Shown: in pieces, positions 51,211-63,599 of the stretch
Numbering within the stretch: the stretch's first letter is position 1
How the letters are laid out: every line of letters starts with the position of its first letter
Assembly: GCF_964204645.1 (NCBI RefSeq)
Contig: NC_134026.1
Span: forward strand, 5,479,950 to 5,543,949
Source of the DNA: Tubulanus polymorphus
Lineage: Eukaryota > Animalia > Nemertea
Direction: 5' to 3'
DNA length: 64,000 nucleotides
Program-made: the position numbers and the translations under genes
Notes under the pieces: generated by a model
The model's input: the letters and a program-made list of their open reading frames with translations, nothing else
What the model was told of the DNA's origin: nothing
Databases searched by the model: none

Positions 51211-51938
51211 GATCATTGTCACATTTTTGCTCATTTTGCCTTTTCATTAATTAATGTGTGTATTGTAATCATTATTAGCTTTCTGTACATGCAATATACA
51301 TACTGTTTTTTTTTTCATGAGGTCATACCATTAAGAGGCTTTTTACGCTCTGAACTGGTTTTCTATTGGCTTCCTTCATAAATTGAATCAGTACAACCCC
51401 CAACTTGCGTAATCATCGGGCGCGACGAGAAATGGCGGGGAATTTTGTGTTGAAAAAGCGTCTTCAGTGAAGTGGTTGATTAACCTTTTATATATTTTAT
51501 CTATTTTTACTTTGTTATGTGAATAAAAAGCAACTCTGGATAACTTTCTTGAATCATGTTTGCCAACTGACAAAAAATAAATGCATTTGTTCGATCAAAA
51601 AATTGTTTTATAACGTGTATGGTTAGTACGGGATACATTAGTTCTAGATATTGTATAAGAGGCTGTGGAGATGATTTGACTGAGGTGGAAAAAGGTAAGT
51701 ACAGCATCAGTTCAGCTTTGCTTATTACCATGGATAGGAGATTACTCTACTTTCACAGAATATTGGTACGGCATGAATTGAGTGAAACTCGTACTGTGTC
51801 CCTACCACTCCCTGATTCCTCAAAAACTCCCTAATGGAAAATACTTTTGAGGTGCTTGAAACTCCTTTAATTTGAGCAAATGTTGGACACTGTTTCATGA
51901 TTTTGAGAAATAGGCAATTAGATACTTAAGAAGTTGTA

Positions 51939-52091
51939 CACTAGACTATGCCTAATTCGGTACATCAGGGAGCAGGATCTTTTTTACCCAATAAGTAGTT
52001 CTGGAATAAGAAACGAAGTGTCATGATGGATAAATATTTGCTTACAAAAAACCATTACCGAGATAAACAGTACCAATTTAGGAGTCTACTG
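51939..52091. mobile_element. Degenerate Tigger/pogo-like MITE, TA TSD
   Basis: TA|CACTAGACTATGCCTAATTCGG ... CCAATTTAGGAGTCTACTG|TA. Confidence 0.6.
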
Positions 52092-52276
52092 TAATTGGGA
52101 TTGATGCAGACGCTTCCTTGAACCATGAAATTTTCTCCTTAAAACTCGTATCCATGAATGACTGATCTGTACGGTGAAGGCTGTCACAGAGATGCCCATT
52201 TTGACAAATATTCCATTACAAGCTTGTGAATGTATAACTCAATGGAGAACTTTCTTAAGAAAATAAAAACGCTGAT

Positions 52277-53039
52277 TTATTGCGACCACAGAGAATTAAG
52301 TTTGATAAGTTCAGCAACGGTTTTCACCATCTTCGGTGTTTTCTCTTTCAATGAGACGGCTAACACAATCGGCTTAACAGTAGAAATTCCGGATACAAGA
52401 TTCTGCGCTATCACATGAGTCAGTGGCTGAAATGAAAAGCGTTTCAGCAAAGGTAATGTGTGTAGCTGTATGAAGTGAGTGGCAATTTCAAAACAATGTA
52501 TCGAGCGCAGATAAAATTGGAATTTACCTCATCAACTCCGAGTAGAACCTTTGTTGAAAATGTTGAGCTCTGTCTGTCCTCTAACACTATGTCTTTCGTT
52601 ACCTGCACCTAAAAAGGTTTTCATATATCTATTTATGAGCATAAAGATCTATTAGATTGAAATTCTCTACTCTCAACTATCCTAACTTAGACAATTTTGT
52701 AACAAAAAATGTTTACACCTATCCTCTAAGGATGGGCTAGGTGCAAACTATGGCTCTCACCAAAACTTGATGATGATGATGAATATATTACATTTCATTA
52801 CTCACCAGTGTTCCGAATTTTTGAAGCTGTGTCGCAACGATAAACGCCCTGTCATCAAAATCATAGCACACAACATCAGTATGAATTCCATTCAATACAG
52901 CGGCACCCTGCGGAGATTAATTGAACTAAATTCATTGATTTTGTTGTTAAATTTTTTACCAATAGTTTTTACTGCATAAAAACATCAGCAATACCTGTGA
53001 TGACTTGACAAATTTCCCTTTATTATTATCGGCTGCCAT
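52277..53039 (-). CDS. PSMG3: Proteasome assembly chaperone 3 (PAC3), 125 aa
   Basis: Phase-0 exons 53039-52995, 52907-52806, 52608-52528, 52426-52277 give MAADNNKGKFVKSSQGAAVLNGIHTDVVCYDFDDRAFIVATQLQKFGTLVQVTKDIVLEDRQSSTFSTKVLLGVDEPLTHVIAQNLVSGISTVKPIVLAVSLKEKTPKMVKTVAELIKLNSLWSQ*, matching PAC3 motifs TQxxKxGTLV and TKVLLGxDEP. Confidence 0.92.
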
Positions 53040-53857
53040 ACTGAACACGATATATTAAGTCTTTACGTTGACGTCCCTTCAAAAGCAACCCAGCAAAAAT
53101 AGATGCAATAGGCTGGCCTTATTTCAGTCTCAAAAAAAGACATGTACGAGTTCCCCGCTAATTTGGGGAACAACAACGAGCTAGTACCTATTTTAGCTAG
53201 GTAAGTAAGAGACTAGACTTTTAAGCCTTTTTTCAAAATATTTGCGGAAAAACAATGGATCTTTTGGTTTTGCATACAAATTCTATGAAAGACCTTCGCA
53301 AGTGTAACTTGTGTAACTATTTCTCACAGGAAAGGTGAACTTTAGGGCTCTAATTATCCTAAATTAGGACTGTAAAATAGAAATTCTACTTTTCAATTTA
53401 TACACGCTCAACAACCTTGAGTCAGAGTGCCCAGTCGTAACCGAAAAATCAAATTCCAATTTTTTTATTGCGCCTTTACACTAACACAAATGTTTGTTAG
53501 ATTACTCGAAACTCTTAGTTAAAGAATTATTGAAACACATTCCGATATCCGAAGGTTTTACTCATTGTGAAATTGGGAAGATCAGCACTTTAAACATTGG
53601 CCGGAGGCTGTATTTTAATAGTAGTAATAGCGGTCGGTAGGTTATCGTGCGAGTATTTTCATTTCCGCATGTGACGTGACATGTCATTCATTCATTCGTA
53701 CATGTGTAACTGCACTATTACCACCACTGTCCGTCTCTGAGACTCTTCTACGTTTTTATATAAAAAAGGCAAGATCTATGATCCTGATTATCTGTCAGTG
53801 TCTTCCTTTTTCCACATGACTTACAGGGGCCTGGATTCAAAAGATTTGCGTCAGGCC

Positions 53858-53971
53858 TAGTTAGTTACCTAATCGTTGGTGGTAAGCTTTTTATAATCGG
53901 ATGGGCTTATACCAACGTGGTTTGTGAAAATATCCGATCGTGAAACTAAACCACTGACAGGTTACTGACTA
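53858..53971. mobile_element. ~115-bp non-autonomous element with imperfect TIRs and a 9-bp TSD
   Basis: cgtcaggcc|TAGTTAGTTACCT...AGGTTACTGACTA|cgtcaggcc; near-identical copy at 62898. Confidence 0.85.
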
Positions 53972-54027
53972 CGTCAGGCCCTGCCTGTGCCTGTGCCTGT
54001 GGGACTAACTCAATCTGTCTGCTGGGC

Positions 54028-54161
54028 CCACAGGGGCTCGTATCAGAGTTGTAGGTAATGTAAAAATGATAATCTGTTAATCCTATTATATATACTATAG
54101 ACATTGGATTAACAGATTATCGTTTTTACATTACCTACAACTCTGATACGAGCCCCTGTGG
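54028..54161. mobile_element. Near-perfect palindromic MITE
   Basis: ccacaggggctcgtatcagagttgtaggtaatgtaaaaa(t/c)gataatctgttaatcc arm of ~55 bp repeated inverted around a short AT-rich loop. Confidence 0.9.
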
Positions 54162-54196
54162 CTAGGCCTGGAGCGATAACCGATACCCGTTCCGGT

Positions 54197-54349
54197 CACA
54201 GGGGTTGGTATCAGAGTTGTAGGTAATGTCAAAACGATAATCTGTTAATCCAATGTCTATAGTATATATACAATAGACATTGTCATTGGATTAGCAGATT
54301 ATCGTTTTGACATTACCTACAACTGTCAACTCTGATACGAGCCCCTGTG
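54197..54349. mobile_element. Second adjacent copy of the palindromic MITE
   Basis: Same arms with two small internal duplications (cattgtcattg, caactgtcaact). Confidence 0.88.
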
Positions 54350-55014
54350 GTCCCGGTTTGAGTTACTTTTGACATATATAAACTTATTGCACAAATTTTA
54401 AGTATAAAAGGACCATATCCAAGGTTCCATTTTAAGTTTTAAAACTGGTAGTATGTAACATAGAATGGACATAAGTGTGCGGGCAACACTTTTTCAAACC
54501 CAAAGCCCAAAGGCTGTCCTGTTGTGTGGTTTAAAATGAACCAAAAAGTCTTGGGAAACCATGATCAGGAGGACTCGTCTAAACAGCCTGAAAAAATTAG
54601 GGGATGCTTCATTACTTAATTCTATTTCCATTAAGCTTGTAGCTAACGATTGTAACAAGTAGGCCTGTATTTGGCTTACCAGTGGTTATGCCAATTTGAA
54701 ACTTCTTAGCCCTAAGTGAAGCCATTGTTAGTATGGCAACTTTTTTTTTTCGTATATTAATAATTCTTTCTCATCGCAGATCATTGAAAACCCACTTCAA
54801 CCAGACAGATTTATTGGTAACACGTGTCGTCTCATTCTAGCAAACCTTTTATATATATAAATACATCTGCTGCCTTGAACAGCAGCAGTTTTAATAATAT
54901 TCAATCACGGGTCTTATACCAACTAGTGGAGGAGGCGCTTTCATTTCACGTTTGTTCGACTGTCACAAATTGATCTCCAGATATTCAGCATTAGCCAAAA
55001 GCGTCGTAAGAAAA

Positions 55015-56821
55015 ATGTCCGGTGAATCGGTAAGACCAAACGTAGTGTTCGTGCTCGGTGCTCCTGGTGCTGGTAAAGGAACTCAGTGCGAGAGAATTAA
55101 CAAAGTAAGTATCTAGCCTCCCTAGGGCTATGTTTGAAAAAATTGAATTTTAAACAGTTAAGTCTGAATTTTTATCCCAATTTAAAATCAAGTTACTTAA
55201 AGCGATTAGACCAAACATTTGAATACGAAGTAACCAATAATAGTTAAACCAAAAATGTGAGGTTATGACATCACAGACTCGAAACAGGATCCTATCAGTT
55301 TTTGGAACCTCGCACTCTATCGTGGGAATCATCGTATTTGACTCTCTTTTTTTAAAGGAATTTGGTTTCGTGCATTTATCAGCTGGAGACCTTTTGCGAG
55401 CAGAGCAAAAACGTGAAACCGAAAACGCGACGCTGATCCGAGATTGTATCAAAGAAGGCGCCATCGTTCCCGTGGCTATTACCTGTCAACTACTACTAAA
55501 CGTATGTAGTGCTGGCTTCTTTCGATGTAGATCGTAAAAATATCTACGTCGTGTTCTTTCTTATGTTATCGCGATATTTTAGTGAAGTTTTATTCATTTT
55601 AGGCGATGAAAGAAAGTCAGCACAATAACTTTTTGATTGATGGATTCCCACGAAATAAAGATAACCTGGATGGTTGGAATAGCACAGTCGGTGATCGCGT
55701 CAATCTACAATTTGTTTTATTCTTCGAATGTGATCCACAGGTTCGTCTTTTAGGTATACACTATCCATTACAAGTCTACCAAGCGTTACTCAGCGCTGCT
55801 ATTTGGAAAAGATTTGTTAGGGCCCTGATTTGTGCTTACTTTTCATTTGAATGTCAATCAGTGCTGAAAATTCATTCAGAGTTATCGGTGGTTTCCATGG
55901 GCTAGTGAATGTCTAATTCAATTGTAGAAAAACCCATGATATGTGTTTTGAAAATGGCTCATTAGATTAAATCGACTTTCCTTCATATAATAGGTTTCTT
56001 CATTTAGTTATGTTTTATTGATAGGTTGGTGTTGATAGGTGTATGAAACGAGGCGTGAGCAGTGGAAGAACTGATGATAATCCGGAAAGTTTAAAAAAAC
56101 GGTTAGAATCATTTGTTTCAATAATTGTTTATTGAATAGATGCTGTCGCCAACCAAAAATTCATATGAATTTTTGTTATAACTGAGCATATGGGAACAAT
56201 GCTACATATTCCAAACACTAAGTGTTGACACTTGAAACAACAAACAGATGGCAAACTAACCAGCCCTGAAATAATCAGACATTTTCAACCATATGGTGAA
56301 TATATTGAAAAGATGAACATTGTATTTTGAAGTAAACTTTCATAACATAAATGAACTAAAGCCTTGTGTATTCTACCAGGGTTAGCTCTAAATTCATTAT
56401 AGAAAATTGTGAGATATTTCCTGCAAACTTCATCGAAAGTTGTTTATGATTCATTGTACTGTTGTAGGTTGTACATAATACCCTTGGGCTTGTTCATGTT
56501 ACAATGTGTATAATATTTCACCAGCTGTGACAAACTATTGACAGCTACGGTGCATAGCCCTTTAGATTTATCGATGTTTGTTTTTCATATTGCAGAATTG
56601 TGACATATCTTGAAAACACGATGCCCATCATACAACATTATGAAAAAATTGATAAAGTGCAACGAATCAATGCCGTACGAACACCAGATGAAGTAAGCAT
56701 CAGATACTAGAATGGATCTTAAGATGTCATTCTTTTTCAAGCAATCATGATGAAAATTCTATTGTTTCAGGTTTTTGGAGACGTACAAAAACTATTCAAG
56801 TCATTGATATCATCAAATTAA
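55015..56821 (+). CDS. CMPK1: UMP-CMP kinase
   Basis: Exons 55015-55104, 55358-55501, 55603-55740, 56025-56101, 56596-56692, 56771-56821; P-loop [50 protein letters not shown]. Confidence 0.96.
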
Positions 56822-56866
56822 CTAGCCGCCTACTGTAGATAAATGTACTCCATATCTGCAATGCAG

Positions 56867-56984
56867 GGACCCAATTCCACAGTTGTGGATAAGATTTGTG
56901 TCATTAAGAAAGACAATTAGTTTGATATCATTTATTTTCACTGAGTGTACATTAGATTTTATCCACAATTGTTGAACTGGCTCT
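56867..56984. mobile_element. Foldback MITE in the CMPK1 3'UTR
   Basis: aattccacagttgtggataa ... ttatccacaattgttgaact, beginning ~45 nt after the stop codon. Confidence 0.6.
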
Positions 56985-59248
56985 GTTAGTATGAATATGT
57001 GATAAATTAGCGTGGTGTCGTCATATACATTTCCAGAAGTCTTGACTTATTTATGCACACAAACTGTACTTAGAAAATGGGAATATTCTACCTGCACTTA
57101 TTTATTGTTCATTTCTTGTTTATTCAATGTTACCAAAAATGATCAGTAAGTTATGCTCTTTTTACAAGTAACTGGATCCAGATATCTTAATCTAGGTCAG
57201 GAAGCATCGTAATATAAATCTTTGAGTTGAGTTGCGTACCGGTAGCCATGAAAAGGGGCAGATCTAGGAAAATTGGCTGTACATGTGAAACTAAAATGAG
57301 GAGTTCTTGAGGTTGATGCTATGGATTTAGCCTTGGATGACTAGTCGCCCTTTAATTATGAATATCTGTATTTGATGAAACATTTAATCCGTAAAAAAAT
57401 GACTGAATGTAATTATGATATTCACGATTTGTTGTTATTTATTCGTTTTAATGACAAGTTACCCGTATTGGAGGTTATAAAATCTGTGATTTTCACCCAA
57501 GTCATTCTTACTGAAATGATATACGGGATTAGTAGTGCGCACCTCATTCACTGCCATTCCACCATTATCTCCTGAATCATTATTATGGTTCGTTATTTAT
57601 TCATTTCATTGTAGTTACGTAATCTTATTCTTAGGAGTCCTTGCTGTCTCTTAATGTTCAGCAAATAGTTTGCTTTTAAGATTTTTGAGATGATTTGAAT
57701 TAATGCCTTTTAATACCTTTGTGTGAAAGGTGCTATGTGCACACTTTCAGGCTACCGGGTCTTCCTTGAGCCTCTACTATTTATTGGAAGGTAGAGAATA
57801 TAATCTGATGAACAACACTTCAATCTGTGGTGGTGCTTTGCATAAGCATTAGGGTAATCAATACATAGACATATGATATTACTCATGATTTAGGTGAACA
57901 AATTTGATTACTATTTGTTGCATTTTATGTAAAGGTTTCCATGTACCTGGTTTTACAGACTGGGCTGAGTTATGCAGTTACTGGACTTGAAATTATAAGT
58001 CTTGAAATTATGAGTCTATTTTTCATCCACTACTGTGAAACTGGTACTTGGATAACTGGACTACATAACATACATAACTGTCTGTAGAATTAAACGTATG
58101 ATGTACAGGGGTCAGTTTTACAAAAATACTATTCAGCTAATCAAATAAGTGACAACTGTAACAGTCATAGTCAAGTTGAGGACAACAATATTCTGAGTTT
58201 GTCAACTTCTCAAGGAATCTACTTAATATATGAACAAATCTTTGCTTGATCAGTATTGAGTATTGTTCCTCAAGTCAAGCTGCCAATGCACCAACTATTT
58301 CAACATTTTCACTTTGACTTTCTTTTTGAAGCCAAGAGCGCGTATGTTTCCTGTCATCTTGTAGGTTTTTTTTAGCATTTTGCCAGATGATATTTTACCT
58401 GGTTTTAGTGCTTCACGACATGTGTTTCATATCGATTTTAATTTTGAATCATGCCATTTTCATTCACATCATCATACTCAGCACTTGTCGTTAACTGATA
58501 ATTATACTGTTCTATTTATATGTGCTGATGGTTTATATTGAAGTGGATATCATAATGATGAATAAAACGTATCTCCTAAATAACTCATTTTTCTAATTTC
58601 TTATAAAATTTTGATTGATTCATTGTTTATACTAGTGATATGCACCGACATCGGACTGGAAGACAAATCTTTTTCACATCTTCACATGGGGACTGATAGG
58701 ACGAAGATAAAGTATCAAGTTTCTGAGTATATCTACCCTTAATGAATTTCAATGGAAAATGGCAAACCGTTAGAAAGCTACGGCTCTTGGAATTCAGGCC
58801 AAAAATTTACCTTTCTGGTCACAAAAAATTCACAGGACGGCCATCTTGTTTCTGATCGACTCAATTACTCTTTTCTATGTGTCTAAGAAAGTCCCAAGTG
58901 GGCTAATGACACTGGGCTAACTAGAAGCTTGGTCTTTGCCAAAGAACTTGGCGTAAATTCTTATTTATCTCTTCATAAATCATGGATCATCCGTCATCTA
59001 TGTAATGATTTTGCGTATTGAATGACAACTTCTCTCTTTCCGCATTGAATCCTCTCCCTTAAGACAGCATTAAAATATCTCAGAATACGTAAAGAGTTTA
59101 GATTTTATTAAATGATATGAATATAAATATGTGCATAATTTATGTACAAAGCTAAAAAATCTCATGTAGGTCTGTCTCTTCTATCCATTCGTGTACCAGT
59201 ACATAGATATATATCTGATAATTGCTCAACGGTAGTTCACATTTTCTT

Positions 59249-62200
59249 TTACATTCTAAACAGCGTTTGTCTTTTATCCATCTGTGGTAGGTATGTTGAG
59301 TAGTTAACTACACTCAGACACTGAGCCAATACCTTAAAACACGGATTGAGAGTGTAAATCAGAATCACTTAAAATGAACAAATATCAACTTTCGTTTACG
59401 CCTGCTGCATGCACGTACCCTTCTAGTATCTTGAGGAAGTATTATTCCATCATCAAGAAGTCTTGAGGATGAGAAAAATGCCGATGATTCAAAAGCATAT
59501 TTCTTCGTTAATTTATCAGCCAGTGTACCCATTTCATCATCGGCAGTATCCTGTTTTAAGAGATTAGAAAAGAAGTAAATTCACTTGTTTCGAATAAAAA
59601 AACATCAGGCCATATACCGGGTATTGAACCGCACCTGCAAAGAAATTTTCACCATATCTGTTGGACTGTACATTCCAGTTTGTGAATTTGGCCACGAGAA
59701 CACAAATCTAGGACTAGTCGAGCGTCCAGCCTAAAAATTACAGTATCAAAATAAGTTGCATCGAAAATAAGATAATTTGAACACGGCAAAATGTGTTTGA
59801 AATATGACTTTAAATTACCATCATGAAGTTGGCTGGTCCAAAGCTGTTGCCTACGACGATAGTTATTTTTGGCACATTAGTAGATGAGACAGCAGCCATT
59901 AAACGACCTTGAGCGCGAATAGTGTCACCAGCAGTAAAACCTATAGATTAACACGTATAAAGTCATTCAGTAAAATTAAAAATTGTTCACTTTTGTCAAT
60001 GAAAACGATTGCAAGAGATATTGATCGTCATTTGAAGAATTCAATTAGTTAATGAATTTCAGATGAACTCACCATTAGAATGATTAGGGTATAAGGCATC
60101 GGAAGGATGCGTGTTCTGTAGAAATATCATTGGTATATCTCGTTGATTGCAGAGTTGCACGAAATGAGTGGCTTTTGATGCGGCTGAATCTGTGATCGAG
60201 CCATTGTTAGCGATAATGCCAGCTAATTGACTGCAATCCGTAAATGGAACTTCATTATCAGTAAATATTGATACAAAAGCGCAACTAGAAAACATATTTG
60301 TTTTATCTAGTTTTTTATTTCCGCGTCGAAAAGAAATCTATTGATACGGATTTAACTTCATTGTCATCTGGCAAAACTAACCCTTGGATATGGCAAAATC
60401 CTGTTATCAGTGTGCTTCCGAATTTTGCCTTGAATTCATGGAATCTGCTACCATCAACCAATCTTGCTAATACCTTTTATGTAAGGTAAATACTACAATA
60501 ATTTTCAATCGGAGGAAGGACTATAATATAATGGGTGTCCAATAAAAGGCAACTGTTTTTTTACAAGTAATTTCTCAACAATGGATTTATCAAATTCGTT
60601 GAAAATTTATGATGATATAATAATGATGATCTCAGGATATAATGATATTGCATCATTTTACAATTTGTGGCTGATCTCTTCGCTATTTTGGGGACTGAGG
60701 TTACCAGTATTCTGTGAAAATGTTCAATGAATACGGTTTATCTATCACCAAGAAAATACTGGTTATAAAGAGGGTCACTTTTTAGGTCACTCAAAATACA
60801 TAATAACCAGTTTCATTTATAAGTACCATACTTACTTTATACATATTCATATTATGTTGATCTTTTATCGGAATAAGGCCTGGTATTTCAGCTGCATCGA
60901 ATACCGGATCTTCTGCTTCTTTATTGGGCTCCAGTAATTCAGGAATGTTCAATGTTAATACTATATCCCTTGTCGTCTTGTAAGCTTCATCTTCTGTTTC
61001 GGCATAATAATCCGTACATCCACTGACACTAGTAACATCAGACAAGATCGATTTCGCACAAATACACAAGCTATGAAATCCATCGAGAAATTCTACTCCG
61101 ACTTATACACTGTATAAAAATCATTTCTAACTTGCTGAAAGCAAAATTGATACAAAAAGCTGATATTTTATCTATATGCTTGACTGGTACCTTGAATGTA
61201 ACATTGCACCTCCTAAATCATCAGCTGAAATTTTCACACCGAGTGCCGCCTGAACTAGGGGTGGACCAGCGAGGAATACGTGTCCAATTCTCTCAATTAT
61301 AACAGCCTCATCCGCCATTGTAGGCACATAGGCACCACCTGCGGTACAACTACCACAAACCACAGCTATCTATCAAACAAAAATATGAATCACTGTCATA
61401 TTGCTGAAAACATATTTATCCCTCCTACAGCAGTGCTTAGGTACATTATTGGTGATTACCTGGTGAATACCTTGTGCGGACATAACGGCTTCGTTGTAAA
61501 ATACGCGACCGCCGTGATTACTATCTGGAAATATCTCTGACTAAAATCAAAATAAAGCTTCATGGAATCATCATCAGTCATGAGGAATAATTGTTGATAA
61601 TTACTCTATATTACCGTCAGACTAACTTATTATAGTTGAGATAATTTTTACGCAAAAGACAACACACTTAGTAAAATGATTTGAAATACAAATTGGGACC
61701 CAAAATCATAGATGACTTTTCCAAGTTTCACTGCAATTACCTGTAATGGCAGAAATGCACCTCCGCTGTCTACTACGTATATGCAAGGAATTCTATTGTG
61801 TTCCGATATTTCCTGACATCGAAGTTGTTTCTTCACTGATATCGGAAACAAAGTTCCACCCTTCACAGTAGCATCGTTGGCAACTACCATACATGGCCTA
61901 CCATTTATCTTACCAATTACTACAATTAGATGAATTAGACATGAAAATTTCTTTTCATTAAAACTGAAATTTAACGCCGAGAAACTGTACCATGAAACTG
62001 GACTGGAATTTCATTCATAAACCACCTCATTCAAGGCTTTTGCATGTTTACATTTCTTCCTTTTTCTTCATTTCAACCGAGGCAGATTTCGATTTTCACT
62101 TTCGCAGGGAGTCGACAATTAAACAGAACTATTTTATCAACTTTCATCATGAGTGTCCCCTATCTTGAATTACCTAGTTCTGAACTCAGTAACCCTGCTA

Positions 62201-62811
62201 GACTGCCTATTTTAGGATTATAGTAAGTTCAAACCGCAAGCTAACATTTTGGGACTTTTTGATTGTGCTCTTCCAGAAGAAGACCTATCTATCGTCTCTT
62301 TAGATTGCCACGTTTGAAAGTTTCTACCAATTTCTCTGTCTTTGTAACACAGCAGAATATTCTGTCTTCCAAAAACGAACAATCAAAAAGGGCCTTGGTT
62401 TCACTGATAACTGAACATAGTTAACCTACCTGAAATAACACCTGCCGCAGGCACACTACCATACGGCATTTCTAGTCCCGTAAATTCCATCAATTCCAGA
62501 CGCTCCGAATCTTCATCCAGTAATTGTTTAATACGATCTCTTGGCAACACCTTTTTATTCTGTTTAACATGACGTAATTTAGCTTTCTCTCCTCCTCCCT
62601 CTTTAACAATCGCAAGCGTTTCCGATATTTTACGTTCATATTTTTGATATTGTTCTACATTTCGTTTAAATGCCTCTTCATTAGCATCAATTTTTCCGTC
62701 TAGCACAGGGAATGCAGAACCGCTAAATGCGTTGAGTCTACAGTAATTGGTATAAATCGTTCGCGTCAAGTTTCTGGTACCTCCTACACAGAGTCGAAAC
62801 ATCGCTGCCAT
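59249..62811 (-). CDS. Methylcrotonoyl-CoA carboxylase beta chain-like carboxyltransferase (divergent MCCC2 paralogue), mitochondrial presequence
   Basis: Exons 62811-62430, 61919-61741, 61540-61460, 61369-61191, 61028-60836, 60473-60382, 60230-60073, 59940-59819, 59730-59635, 59550-59419, 59332-59249. Motifs [55 protein letters not shown]-terminal LFRM*. Confidence 0.9.
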
Positions 62812-62897
62812 CTTAGTTAAATCATTCTCTCAAAACACTGTCCTGTAATTATTACAAATAATAGACAGTGTTGTAGTGTGGTGAGTATGATGAGGCC

Positions 62898-63027
62898 TAG
62901 TTAGTTACCTAATCGATGGTGGTAAGCTTTTTATAATCGGATGAGCTTATACCAACGGTTAGGTGGTTTGTGAAAATATCCGCTCGTGAAACTAAACCAC
63001 AGACAGGTTACTGACTAAATTTAGATA
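62898..63027. mobile_element. Copy of the 53858 element with a 9-bp flanking duplication
   Basis: gatgaggcc|TAGTTAGTTACCT...AGGTTACTGACTA aatttagata|gatgaggcc. Confidence 0.8.
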
Positions 63028-63587
63028 GATGAGGCCAGCACTGTGTGGGATTTGTTATCAGAACAATTCACGATATTCAATTAAGCCACATCTAATTTCA
63101 GGCTAGTTGGTTATTATAGTGGTTGTGGAGGGGTCCTCCTTTTTCAACCAAGACAAGAAGTCTCTTTTTCAATTAAAAATTCAGCTCCCAACAAAATACC
63201 AAAAGACTCATCAGGTGGGATCATCAGGTGGGGCTGGGTAGGACTGACAAGACTTGTTGTCCTTCCGAGGGGAATAGATTTATAATTCGGTTGAGAGTAC
63301 GTATAGTGGTTTTAAAACAAAGATGTTATTACCAGTAATATTATTACCATTTGGGGAATCCGGAAATAAATGTCAAGGAATTCCCTGCTTTTCCGGGTTT
63401 TGTTGCGGCTCACTTCTTTTACTGAAAAAAAAAGATTATTTCTAAATGTAATTTTTTGTAACTTTTATCAATATTTTTTCACAAACATATGGGTTTGACC
63501 AAGAATTATAAGAATAAAATCATTGAATAATAATAGAGAGAGGTTGTTTAGAGTTTGTTCGGCGATCGCACGACCGTTAGCTTCCTT

Positions 63588-63599
63588 CGCGCATGCGCA
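63588..63599. promoter_or_regulatory. NRF1-type site in a CpG-rich promoter patch
   Basis: CGCGCATGCGCA fits YGCGCAYGCGCR; lies upstream of the mitochondrial MCCC2-like gene and possibly of a divergent gene beyond the window. Confidence 0.5.
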
